Shown piece by piece: positions 10,910 to 22,200 of a stretch of 64,000 nucleotides of DNA. The number at the start of each line of letters is the position of its first letter. Position 1 is the stretch's first letter. This DNA comes from Nitrosopumilaceae archaeon. Lineage in GTDB: Archaea > Thermoproteota > Nitrososphaeria > Nitrososphaerales > Nitrosopumilaceae. The position numbers and the translations under genes are program-made. The stretch lies in the NCBI GenBank assembly GCA_965214835.1, contig CBDCCK010000002.1, positions 1,792,001 to 1,856,000 on the forward strand, given 5' to 3'. The notes under the pieces were generated by a model that ran no database searches, was not told where the DNA came from, and saw only the letters and a list, made by a program, of their open reading frames with translations.

Positions 10910-11611
10910 CTAGATCTTCCCTAGTTTCTGATAGAACCGCTGGTATGCCCTGCGGTACGATGCCTTGTCACCTATGTCGACAAAGCCCTTCTTTATGGTA
11001 TAGCTGTCCACTTGCCTTTTCTGCGATACCGCCTTTTTTACCACGCTGTCCATCCCGTACGGCCTGTTTTTTGGGATGTATGAGAGCACCCCCGGGTTCA
11101 TGACATAGCATCCCATGTTGATGTCTGCCTTGATCTCCGGCTTTTCGTTCCAGCCCGTGACCCTTCCTGACCTTGACGTCTTGATGACGCCGTACTGGAT
11201 GTTGGTCTTGTACTCGTATAATCCCATCGTGATAAACGGCCTCCTTTTTTTGTGCTGCTTTATCATGCTTCGCAGGCTAAAGTCAAAGACCGAGTCGCCG
11301 TACATGCAGACAAAGTCCTCATCCAGTAACTCTTCTGCGGTCTTGAGCTGGCCTGCAGTTGCAAGCGGCCTTGCAGATGCCGCGTACTCTATGTCCACCC
11401 CGAAGTTACCACCGTCCTCAAAGTAGTCCTGGATTGTCTTTCTCAGGTAGCTTACGCACAGCACGACTGATTTTATGCCGTTTTTCCTGTTCCACTCAAT
11501 TAGGTGTTCCAGCAACGGCTTTTCGCCCAGCGGCAGCATCGGCTTTGGCATGAATGTCGTGTATGGCTGAAGCCTTGTGCCCAGTCCCCCCGTCAGGATT
11601 ACCGATTTCAT
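10910..11611 (-). CDS. Sugar-phosphate nucleotidyltransferase
   Basis: GGLGTRLQPYT..PKPMLP, GDS, EKP, DIG. Confidence 0.9.
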   Translation of the reverse strand: MKSVILTGGLGTRLQPYTTFMPKPMLPLGEKPLLEHLIEWNRKNGIKSVVLCVSYLRKTIQDYFEDGGNFGVDIEYAASARPLATAGQLKTAEELLDEDFVCMYGDSVFDFSLRSMIKQHKKRRPFITMGLYEYKTNIQYGVIKTSRSGRVTGWNEKPEIKADINMGCYVMNPGVLSYIPKNRPYGMDSVVKKAVSQKRQVDSYTIKKGFVDIGDKASYRRAYQRFYQKLGKI

Positions 11612-12596
11612 AATAGATCCTAGTCCTGTGTGTATTTATGTTGAGTTGTGGAATCTTTGGGAGGTCCGCCTCACGGCGCCGCCCGCGCGGTGGTCAGAAA
11701 TTGGTCCTATGCCCAACCTAAGCGATTACGATAGCAGTCTTTAATCTGCTATAGGCAATCCAAGCATTATCAACACATGCCAAGTACGAGGTCACCTATA
11801 CTGATGACCATTGAAAATTTCGCCTGATTACACATCTTGCAAAGGTTTATAGCTCTCCACCATGACCCTCTTGGCATGAACAAGACGAAAATCCTCACGG
11901 ATGCCATGCATGTCGAAAAGGATCTCAAGATTCACACCAGAATCATGGCGGTGCGCTCCGTACTGCTTGGCAACACCACTGCAGACCGCAGAGATTGCCG
12001 ACGTGACACAGCGTACAGTACAGATGTGGATCGAGAGGTTTGAGCTTGACGGCATCGACGGCCTCCGTGACTCCCCCAACAGGGGCAGAAAACCAAAGGT
12101 TCCGGTCGGCAGGATAAAAAAGATCGCCACAAAGTTGCGCAGGACGGAAAAGCTCACCCCGAAGAAGCTGTGCAACTGGGTGCGCCGCAGGCTGCATGTC
12201 ACATACAGCGTGGGAAGCATCAGAAGAATCCTGCGCACGATGGGATTCTCGCTAAAGACGTCAACCACCAAGCTGGCAGATGCTGCCGACGAAGGCGGTA
12301 AGACGGTGGCAAAGGGCGGCAAAAGACACGATTGCGCTTGCAAAAAGGCGCGGATTTAGGATAACTGTACAGGACGAATCGATATTCGTCAGTACGGGAA
12401 GGGACGGCAGAAAGTTCTGGTCGCCAGTGGGGGACAGGATCTAGGTGCAACGATCCGGCAGAAGGGAGCGCGTCGTGGTATACGGAACGATTGCAGACGA
12501 CGGAACCAGGCTGATGCGCACGTACGACAAGTTCAACAGTGCAAACTTTGTGCGTTATCTTAAACAGGCGCACAAAAAGTGGGGAAAGGTTCTGAT

Positions 12597-12689
12597 GTAC
12601 GAGGTCACCTACCCCTGCCAATCAGGCACGAACTGACATCTATGACTATGATTTTCATGCCTAGTCAACAGGGGGACGTGACCACATAC
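12597..12689. mobile_element. IS66-derived MITE (family D)
   Basis: Ends gtacgaggtcac / gtgaccacatac, 8-bp TSD GTTCTGAT; relative at 50323-50415. Confidence 0.85.
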
Positions 12690-12842
12690 GTTCTGATGGT
12701 GATGGACAACGCAGCACAGCACAAGACCAAAAAGATCCGCAGATACCTAAAGAAAAATCCCGACGTTGTCTTGCTGTACCTGCCGGTAGCTAGGCCGGAG
12801 CTGAGCGCCATAGAGGCAGTCTGGAAGGATGCCAAGTACAGG

Positions 12843-12952
12843 CTGGTCACGTCGGCCTTTTATGACACGGTAGATCACCCGATACCTCCGCGTAGACTGC
12901 CATCGCCATACCCATCTGGTCACGTCGGCCTTTTATGACACGGTAGATCACC
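12843..12952. repeat. 37-bp exact direct repeat flanking a 36-bp unique insert
   Basis: ctggtcacgtcggccttttatgacacggtagatcacc at 12843-12879 and 12916-12952. Confidence 0.9.
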
Positions 12953-14075
12953 TCAAAAGGGCCGTCTCGGAATACTTTAGGACGTGCTCCATCAAGATTG
13001 ACATCTACAAGTATCTTGAGCGCAGCGTGTAAGGGAGGCGAAATTTTCAATGATCATCAGTATAGTTTTGACGTGTTTTGACAACCTGCTTAACATATTG
13101 CGATCATGCTGATCAAATACGATGCCTGCATGGCATCAGTACCATGAAAGGCCGTCGACCCACATACCGCGAACTAGAGGCCACAATCGTATCAGTCACA
13201 GACAGAATAAGCACGCTAGAAAATAACCAAAAGGCAATGTGCAGGGTGATAATCGAGAAGGACAGGATAATCGAGAAGGACAGGATAATCGAGGAACAAG
13301 GCAGGCGGCTCCTGTACTACGAGAACTCGCCACCGTCTGCAGAATCACTAGAGTACAAGAGGCAAAAGGCGCAGCGGAAAAGGGAGAGGGTCAGTAACCG
13401 TGGCAACGGTAGCAACGGCAGCAGTAGTGGCAACAATAATGGCACCGGCAAAAAGCCGGGAGGCCAGAGGGGCCACAAGGGGACATCCAGAAGACACGAC
13501 CCCCAGAAGATGGTGCTTCATACGTTCCAGGACAACGACGGGGCGTGCTCGCCGGTGTGCATGTGCGGGAGGGCCATGGACATAACTGCCCTGATACGGG
13601 ACATCATCGACTTAACCGGTCCGGATGACAGAGACGCGGCACATAACCGAGCGTGCCACATGCAGACTGTGCGGCATTACGATATCAGCAGACGACGGAC
13701 TCCCAAGGAGGGACAGGTACGGCAAGCACATGATCTCCCTTGTGTCTGCCTTGCGCGCAAGGCACATGCCGCTGCAGTCCGTGGCAGACACGCTCAAGGA
13801 GCTTTCCGGCAGGAGCATCGCCAAATCGACCGTAATCAACATGATCGGAGAGGTATGCGACTCTATGCAAAAGCCGTCAGGCGCGATCCTGGGCGGCATC
13901 AAGAGATCATCCAACGTCAGAATAGACGAGACTGCGGCCAGCATGAACGGCAGCTGTATATGGACATGGACTGCCGAGACGGACAACGGCGTGTTTGTCA
14001 AGTACAATACGAGCAGGGGCGCACTGTTCCTGTACAGGCACATGGAGGAGTATGGCAGAATAGTGACATCTGACA

Positions 14076-14204
14076 GGGGTTGTCGCCTAATTCCACTTAT
14101 TTGACCCAATCTGCACGTTTTTCTGAATTTCCGCCCTTTTGCACGCCTGATCATATGGCATCTCAACGGTTTTCGGGGATTCTAGCGAATTAGGCGACAA
14201 CCCC
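14076..14204. mobile_element. MITE family B, 129 bp
   Basis: TIR ggggttgtcgcctaatt, 9-bp TSD CATCTGACA. Confidence 0.9.
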
Positions 14205-14273
14205 CATCTGACAAGTATTCGGTGTATGACAGGTTCAACGGGGAGGACAGGCACCAGCTGTGCTGGTCGCACG

Positions 14274-14402
14274 GGGGTTGTCGCCTAATTCGCTAGAATC
14301 CCCGAAAACCGTTGAGATGCCATATGATCAGGCGTGCAAAAGGGCGGAAATTCAGAAAAACGTGCAGATTGGGTCAAATAAGTGGAATTAGGCGACAACC
14401 CC
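14274..14402. mobile_element. MITE family B, 129 bp, inverted copy of the previous one
   Basis: TIR ggggttgtcgcctaatt, 9-bp TSD GGTCGCACG. Confidence 0.9.
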
Positions 14403-14882
14403 GGTCGCACGAGCTGCGCGTATCAAAATACGCGGCGCAAAAGCAGGGCTCCCCGCTGTTTGCGGGAATACTGTACGAACAGCTTCGGCAGCTGTACCGT
14501 AGCGCCGTCAGGGCCGCAAGGAGGAGGAAGGACAGGGGCAAGGATCTGCGCAGAAGGTTCGAGTCCTGGCTGCGCAACATACTGTCCGGGTACCGGGAAG
14601 GCACGGACGACTTCGTCCTGGGCCCGGTACTGCGCAGACTGACAAGCTCGCTGCCGCACCTGTTTACGTTCCTGGAGCACGACGGCGTGCATCCCACAAA
14701 CAACGCCGCAAAGCGTGCCCTGTCCGGCGTCGTCTTCCGCAAGATAAGCGGGCAGATCAAGGGAGAGGAACTCTGGATGAGGAGGTGGTCGCAGTTTATG
14801 ACGTGCATACTGACATGGAAGGCAAGGGGCGGATCCGTAGCAGACGAGGTCATGAAACTGGTTTAGGAACGTGACCTCATAC

Positions 14883-16092
14883 GACTTGACGGTTCCCGCT
14901 ACATGGTCAGATCCCAGTCAAGGAACAAACTGCATGATGTCATTTCCACCGAGTCCGGCTGGAGCTGCTCCTGCGAGGATCACCGCTTCAGAAGGACGTG
15001 CTGCAAGCACATCCATGCAGTCGAGATCTCAATAAGGATTCACCAAAAAGTCAAGGATGATGTTGTGATTTCCGAGGTTGCCCTTGATTCGTGCAAGTAT
15101 TGCAGTTCCACAAACATCGTAAAGATGGGCATACGTCACAACAGGCAGCATGATATCCAGATGCTCAAATGCAAAGACTGCTACAGAAAGTTCTCGCACA
15201 ACCTGGGCTTTGAGAGGATGATGGCAACACCGGACCAGATAACGATGGCCATGAACCGTGACAGCTCGGACTCTGGAAGTTTAGGCGTGAGCTTTACCGC
15301 CAAAGAGGCATCCGCAGATGTAATTCGTGCCTAAAATCACAAGTCACTTTCAGAGTCCGAGCTGTTACCATGAACCTGTATTTCAACGGCGAGTCCTCAA
15401 GGAAGGTGGTACAGTCGATAGCCCTGACCGGAGTCAGGGTGTCGTACAGGACAGTCCAGAGATGGAACAACAAGTACGTTGAGCTCATGAACAGATACCT
15501 TGAAAAAATCACCCCGCAGGTAGGCGAGGAATGGAGGACGGACGAGCTGTACCTGAAGATCAAGGGAGACCGAAAGTACCTCTTTGCCATGATGGACAGC
15601 GAGACCCGGTTCTGGATTGCCCAGATGGTGTCAGAACACAAGGGAAACGATGACGTCTCACCAATGTTCAAAGAGGCAAAAAAGAGGGCAGGCAAAGTCC
15701 CCTTAACGCTAATTTCCGACGGGGCAGCAAACTTTCACCATGCCTGGAGGGAGCAATACCGCTCAAAAAACTTCCTGCACAAGGATACGGAACACCACAG
15801 GCACATCCACATGACGGGCGACATGAACAACAACCAGATGGAATCCTTCAACGGCGACACGCTGAGGGCTAGGGAGAAGGTGATCCGTGGGATCAAGAGG
15901 GATGACTCTGCAATACTCAAGGGGATGCAGATCCATCACAACTACATCCGCCCGCACTAGGGACTTGACGGCGACACACCGGCAGCAAGGGCCGGAATCA
16001 GAATAACCGGTGATAACAAATGGAAGACGGTAATACAGAATGCCGCTAAATCCGATCTACCGACATGTCCCACGAAGAATCATCTACCGTAA
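14883..16092 (+). pseudogene. IS6-like transposase with SWIM zinc finger, disrupted
   Basis: CSCEDH...CKHIHAV SWIM motif; WRTDELYLKI, LISDGA, NNNQMESFN; MITE insertion and TAG at 15958. Confidence 0.8.
15258..15368. mobile_element. IS66-type MITE (family E)
   Basis: TIR gt(g/a)acagctcggactctg, 8-bp TSD CATGAACC; relative at 23493-23597. Confidence 0.85.
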
Positions 16093-16283
16093 ACGTCCCA
16101 GTTCCACTAATTCATTATCTTTAATAATCAGCCCTGATTTAACCCTCATATCAGAATGAATGCCTCACATGCTGTTATGATGCAGAGTACCTCTGCCAAA
16201 GTCACCCTGATCGATTGGGGGGGGGGTGACCTACCGTAGCCTCGACACTGCGACACCCGTCACATCGGATCGCCACCCTGTAC

Positions 16284-19200
16284 TTGATGTTCATTGCAGC
16301 TGCCGTCTCAGGCCTAGCTGCCGCCGGTGGTCTGCAGGAGGCATATGCACAGCATCCCTTGGTTGAGGTAACTGCCACCGGGATGTTGGATAATAATAAT
16401 TCTATAGAGCTTGATTCTCCCTACGCCGTGGACATCTTCACCATAGGCGGCAACACCTACGCCGCAATAGCCGCCCGGCTCGACAACGGCCTCCAGATTG
16501 TGGATGTCTCCGATCCCGACAACCCTGCACCTGCCGGGAAATTGGAAGACACCGAGGGCTCCAATGAGCTGCTGCTTGAAGGCGCCTTCGACGTGGATGT
16601 CTTTATGATAGGCAGCAACACCTACGTCGCAGTGGCATCCTTCGTTGATGACGGCCTCCAGATTGTGGATGTCTCCGATCCCGCCAACCCCTCCGCCGCC
16701 GGCAGTCTGGGAAATGATGGCACCCGGGAGCTTAACGGCGCCAGAGGCGTGGATGTCTTTACGATAGGCAGCAACACCTACGTCGCAGTGGCCTCCTTTG
16801 ATGATGACGGCCTCCAGATTGTGGATGTCTCCGATCCCGCCAACCCCTCCGCCGCCGGCAGTCTGGGAAATGATGGCACCCGGGAGCTTAACGGCGCCAG
16901 AGGCGTGGACGTCTTTACGATAGGCAGCAACACCTACGCCGCAGTAATCGCCGAGACCGACGACGGCCTCCAGATTGTGGATGTCTCCGATCCCGACAAC
17001 CCTGCACCTGCCGGGAAATTGGAAGACACCGTGGGCTCAGATGAGCTGCTGCTTGATGATCCTTACGACGTGGACGTCTTTACGATAGGCAGCAACACCT
17101 ACGCCGCAGTGGCCTCCTGGGCCGACGATGGCCTCCAGATTGTAGACGTAACCGATCCCGACAACCCAGCAGCCGTCGGCAGCTTGGGAGATGGGGGCTC
17201 TAGGCTGCTTGACGGCGCCTCTGCCGTGAGTACTTTCACAATAGGCGACAAGGCCTACGCCGCAGTCACATCGACTGCCGACGACGGTCTCCAGATTGTA
17301 GATGTCACCAACCCTGCCAGTCCGGCCGCCGTCGGCAGCCTGAAAGATGGGGGCTCTAGGGAGCTTGACGGCGCCCTCGGTGTGAACGTTTTCATGATAG
17401 GCAGCAGAACCTACGCCGCAGTCACATCCTTTCTTGACGACGGCCTCCAGCTAGCGGAGATCAGCCAGATCCCGGCCAGCCCGGACAGCCCAATCCCATC
17501 CGGAAGCCTGCCCGACGGCACTAGTCTGCTACTTGAGAAATCCCGCAGCGTGGACACCTTTGAGATAGGCGGCTCCACGTATGCGGTAGCAGTCTCCAGC
17601 AGCGAGAACGGCACTCAGATCGTGGATGTCACCAACCCTGCCGCCCCGACGGCCACCGGGAACCTGGCAGACGACACCACCCGGCTGCTTGAGGGCGCCC
17701 GCGGCGTGAAAGTCTTCATGGCAGGCGGCAACACCTACGCCGTCGTCACAGCCCATGGCGACGACGGAGTCGAGGTAATCGACGTCACCGATCCGGACAA
17801 CCCGGCCTCGGTGGGGCGTCTGGCAGACGACGGCTCCCGGCTGCTTGATGGGGCCACCGCCGTGACCACCTTTGGGATCGGCACGGACACCTACGCCGCA
17901 GTCACCTCCCAGCACGATGGCGGCCTTCAGATCATAGACATAACCAATCCTGCCAGTCCGGCAGCCGCCGACAAACTGGAAGACGACGGCTCCTGGCTGC
18001 TTGGCGATACCAGCGCAGTGGACACCTTTGAGATAGGCGGCTCCACGTATGCAGTCGTGGCCTCCTGGGCCGACGACGGACTCCAGATTGTAGACGTCAC
18101 CGATCCCGACAACCTGGCAGCCGCAGGACAGCTGGCAGACGACAACGACCTACTGCTTCGTGGAATCCGTGACATGGCCGTCTTTGAGACGGGCGGCTCT
18201 GTATACGCCGCAGTGGCCTCCTGGGCCGACGACGGACTCCAGATTGTCGATATAACCGATCCCGACAACCCGGCGGCGGCAGGAAAACTGGCAGACGACA
18301 ACGACCTGCTGCTTGACGGGGCCAGCGGCGTGGAGATATTCCGGACGGACATGAAAGTCTACGCAGCAGTGGCATCCCAGACCGATGATGGCATCCAGAT
18401 TGTCGATATAACCGATCCCGACAATCCCTTGGGGGCCGGACTCGTGGGGGACGGCCCGCTGTACTCGCTTGACGCGGCACGGGATCTGGCCGTGTTTATG
18501 ATGGGTAGCAACACGTACACCGTGGTGGCCTCCGACACGGAGGGCCTCCAGACGGTAAAACTTACCGAGGCCCACAACAACGCCCCAGTCCTGGGAACAA
18601 TAGGCGACCAGACCGCAGCGCCCGATATACAGCTGGTTATAACGCCCACGGTAACCGATGCGGATTCAACTGATACGCACACGTACTTGATATCGCGTGG
18701 CACGCTGCCCGCAGCTGCCGTATTTGATACCGCGGACGGCAGCATCGTCTGGACGCCGGTTCAGGGCGATGTCGGACAGACCCACACGGTCACCATAACC
18801 GTTGATGACGGCCGCGGCGGCGCCGACTCGGAGACATTTGACATAGTCGTGGGCGAGCTGGCTGCCGTCGGCAGTCTGGGAGATGATACCAATCTGCTGC
18901 TTGGCGGCGCCCACGACGTGGACACGTTCACGATCGGACAGAACACCTATGCGGTAGTGGTCGCCGAAACAGACGACGGCATCCAGATTGTAGATGTCAC
19001 CAACCCTGCCAGCCCGGTAGCTGTCGGGCATCTGAGCGACGACACCAACATACTGCTTGATGGCCCCCGCGGCGTGGATATATCCGTGATAGGTGGCAAC
19101 ACCTACGCTATAGTTGCGACCTACTTTGAGAGCGCCCTCCAGATCGTGAACGTTACCGATCCTACTGATCCTGTAGCTGCAGGTAGTCTGAAAGATACTA

Positions 19201-22200
19201 ACAGCTTGGAGCTTGAAACCCCCCAGGCCGTGGCCGTATTCACGATAGGCAGCAACACCTACGCCGCAGTGGCCTCCTACCAGGACAATGCCCTCCAGAT
19301 CGTGGACATCACAAACCCGGCCGCCCCGATGGCCACCGGGAATTTGAAAGATGGAGGCTCCGCGCGGCTTGACGGTCCACGTGACGTGGAAATCTTCACG
19401 ATAGGTAGCAACACCTACGCCGCGGTCGCCTCCTCTTTGGACAACGCCCTCCAGATTGTAGACGTCACCGATCCTGCCGATCCGACTCCAGCCGGGAGGC
19501 TGAGCGATACGGGCTCCCGGGAGCTTGGCGGCCCCCGCGGTGTGGAAATCTTCACGATATGCAGCAACACCTACGCCGCAGTCGCCGCCTACAAAGACCA
19601 CGGCCTCCAGATCGTGGATGTCACCGATCCTGCCGATCCGATGCCCACCGGCAAACTGGAAGATAGCAACTCCCGGAATCTTCAGAGCCCCCGCGGCGTG
19701 GCCGTCTTCACCACAGGTAGCAATATCTACGCCGCAGTGGCCTCCTTTCACGACGACGGCCTCCAGATTGTAGACGTCACCGATCCGACCGATCCGACTC
19801 CAGCCGGGAGGCTGAGCGATACGGGCTCCCGGGAGCTTGGCGGCGCCAGCGCAGTGACCACCTTCACCATAGGCAGTAACACCTATGCCGCAGTTGCATC
19901 CACCTCAGATAACGGACTCCAGCTAGCGAGACTGGGCGCGGAGGCAGGGACTCTTCCCAACTGTGTCCCCGTCCTGGGTGCAATAGGCAACCAGACCGCA
20001 ACGCCGGGAATGCAGCTGACCATAACGCCTATGGTAACTGACGCCGACACAACTGACACGCACACGTATTCCATAACACGCGGCACGCTGCCGGCAGCTG
20101 CCGTATTCAATACCTCTGACGGCACCCTCGTCTGGACGCCGGTTCAGGGTGATGTCGGACAGACCCACCAAGTCACCATAACCGTTGATGACGGCCGCGG
20201 CGGCACCGACTCGGAGACCTTTGATATAGCCGTGGCCGATGAGGGTACCATTCCTCCCAACAGTTCGCCGGTGGCACCTAACGAGACGGCAACCACCGCA
20301 GAGGACACACCCATTACCATAACGCCTGCCATATCGGATCCAGACACATCGGATACCCCTGTAATATCGGCAGTAGAGAACCCGCCAAACGGGTCTGCCA
20401 CCCATGATGATACCACCATAACCTACATTCCCGACCAGGATTATGTGGGTACGGACACCTTCGGATATACGATATCTGACGGCACCGACACGGCGCAGGG
20501 CACCGTAACGATAACCGTCACACGCGACAACAATGATCCTGTCATGGACACCATAGGCAACCAGAACGCGGTGTTGGACATCCCATTAACAGTAACGCCT
20601 AGGGTAACTGACGCCGACACAACTGACACGCACACGTACTCTATATCGCGCGGCACGCTGCCCGCAGCTGCCGTATTCAATACCTCTGACGGCACCCTCG
20701 TCTGGACGCCGGTTCAGGGTGATGTCGGACAGACCCACCAAGTCACCATAACCGTTGATGACGGCCGCGGCGGCACCGATTCGGAGACCTTTGGGATAAC
20801 AGTGGCCGCCCGGGCCGTGATAATACTTAACGGCACCGACCCATGGCACCACGAGCTTGGCGATGACCCGTATATAGATCCGGGAGCCGAGGCAACCGAC
20901 GGCTCGACAGTCAACACCGACGCCTCTGCTGTAGACGTAAACGTGGCAGGCAACTATACCGTAAATTATACGGCAACCGACACCCAAGGCGACATCATCA
21001 TGGCCAACCGGACCGTTCAGGTGCGCGACACCACGCCGCCGGTCATCGATATATCGGGCAACCCACAGGTCACCACACCGCTGGGCTCAGAATATACCGA
21101 TGCCGGTGCCACGTCCACCGACAACGATCCGAACTATGCAGACGCCGTCTCTGATGATGCCGCCTCGGTGGATACGTCCCGGCCCGGAACCTATACGGTG
21201 ACCTACACGGCAACCGATGCTGCCGGCAACACGGGAACTGCCACGAGGACCGTGACGATACCTGTGGAGTACATAACGATGGGCGCCCTGATTCCGCAGA
21301 CGGGTGGACTGGGCGGCCAGCTTGGAGAGCACCACACATTTGCGGCCAATGCCGCCGTCGATGACCTCAACGCCTACCTTGAGAGGAACGGCGCAGTCTG
21401 GCGCGCCGACCAGCTGGTCATCAATGATACGGAGGCTGCCGACGTGCAGACCCTGATCCGGTCGCTTGACTCGGCAGGCATAACGATGGTCTCCGGGCCC
21501 GTCCGCAGCTCCGAGCTGGACGCCATAAGGAATTATGCCGATTCCAACGGCATGATACTTGTCAGCTGCTGCTCGACTGCGCTCTCGCTTGCAATCGAGG
21601 GCGACAACATCTTCAGGCTGGCGCCGGATGACTCGCAGCAGGGATCCGTGATTGCCGGCCTGCTCGGCGACGAGTACGAAAAGGACGTCATGGTCGTGGT
21701 GTGGAGGGACGACATCTGGGGCGAGGGCATCAGAAACTCGGCTGTGACCGAATTTGAGGCGCTCGGCGGCACGGCAGACGAGCTGGGCAGCTATGATCCG
21801 GACGATCCCGACCTGGACGGCACCTTTGAGGCACTGGCCGCACGGCTCAGCACGGCCGTCTCCGGACATGTGGAGAATGTGGGCGCAGACCGGGTCTCCG
21901 TCCTGTTCATAGGGCAGGAGGAGATGTCCCGGTTCGTGGCAAAGGCGGCCGGCCATCCGGTGCTGGGTACGGTACAGTGGATGGGCTCGGATGCCTCCGT
22001 CAACAGCGCGGCGCTGGTCGATGCTCCCAGGGTATTTGAGTTCCTGAGGGATGCAGACTTTCAGGCGTCTGTCTTTGCAGAGGACTCGGACAGCCCCGCA
22101 TACAGGTACCTGACGGATCTGATCGACGACGAGTTTGGCACCGCGCCTGCCGTGTATACCTACGGCATGTACGATACCATATGGGTGATGGGACTGGCAC

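Larger units (their letters stand above)
11799..13062 (+). mobile_element. IS630 family element (pseudogene) inserted in the IS66 left end
   Basis: TIR tactgatgaccattgaaaatttcgcct / aggcgaaattttcaatgatcatcagta, TA duplication; QDESIF, MDNAAQH, PELSAIE motifs. Confidence 0.85.
11784..14882 (+). mobile_element. IS66-like (single-ORF) element disrupted by nested insertions
   Basis: Ends gtacgaggtcac / gtgacctcatac; transposase remnant 13142-14866 nearly identical to the intact copy at 34865-36319. Confidence 0.85.

Noticed and set aside
12843-12952. Calling the repeat-insert-repeat units bona fide CRISPR arrays
   Set aside because: Each has only two repeats, the repeats are native coding sequence unrelated to each other, and there is no leader or cas gene; reported as ectopic insertions instead.
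13246-13295. 18-bp tandem repeat (IIEKDR) in the IS66 transposase
   Set aside because: Ordinary slippage in a coiled-coil-coding region.
16156-16283. G10 tract (16217-16226) upstream of the giant surface gene as a phase-variation switch
   Set aside because: The main ORF frame has TGA at 16227 directly after the tract, so tract slippage alone cannot fuse the upstream ATG 16156 to the gene; a second frameshift or a sequencing error would be needed.
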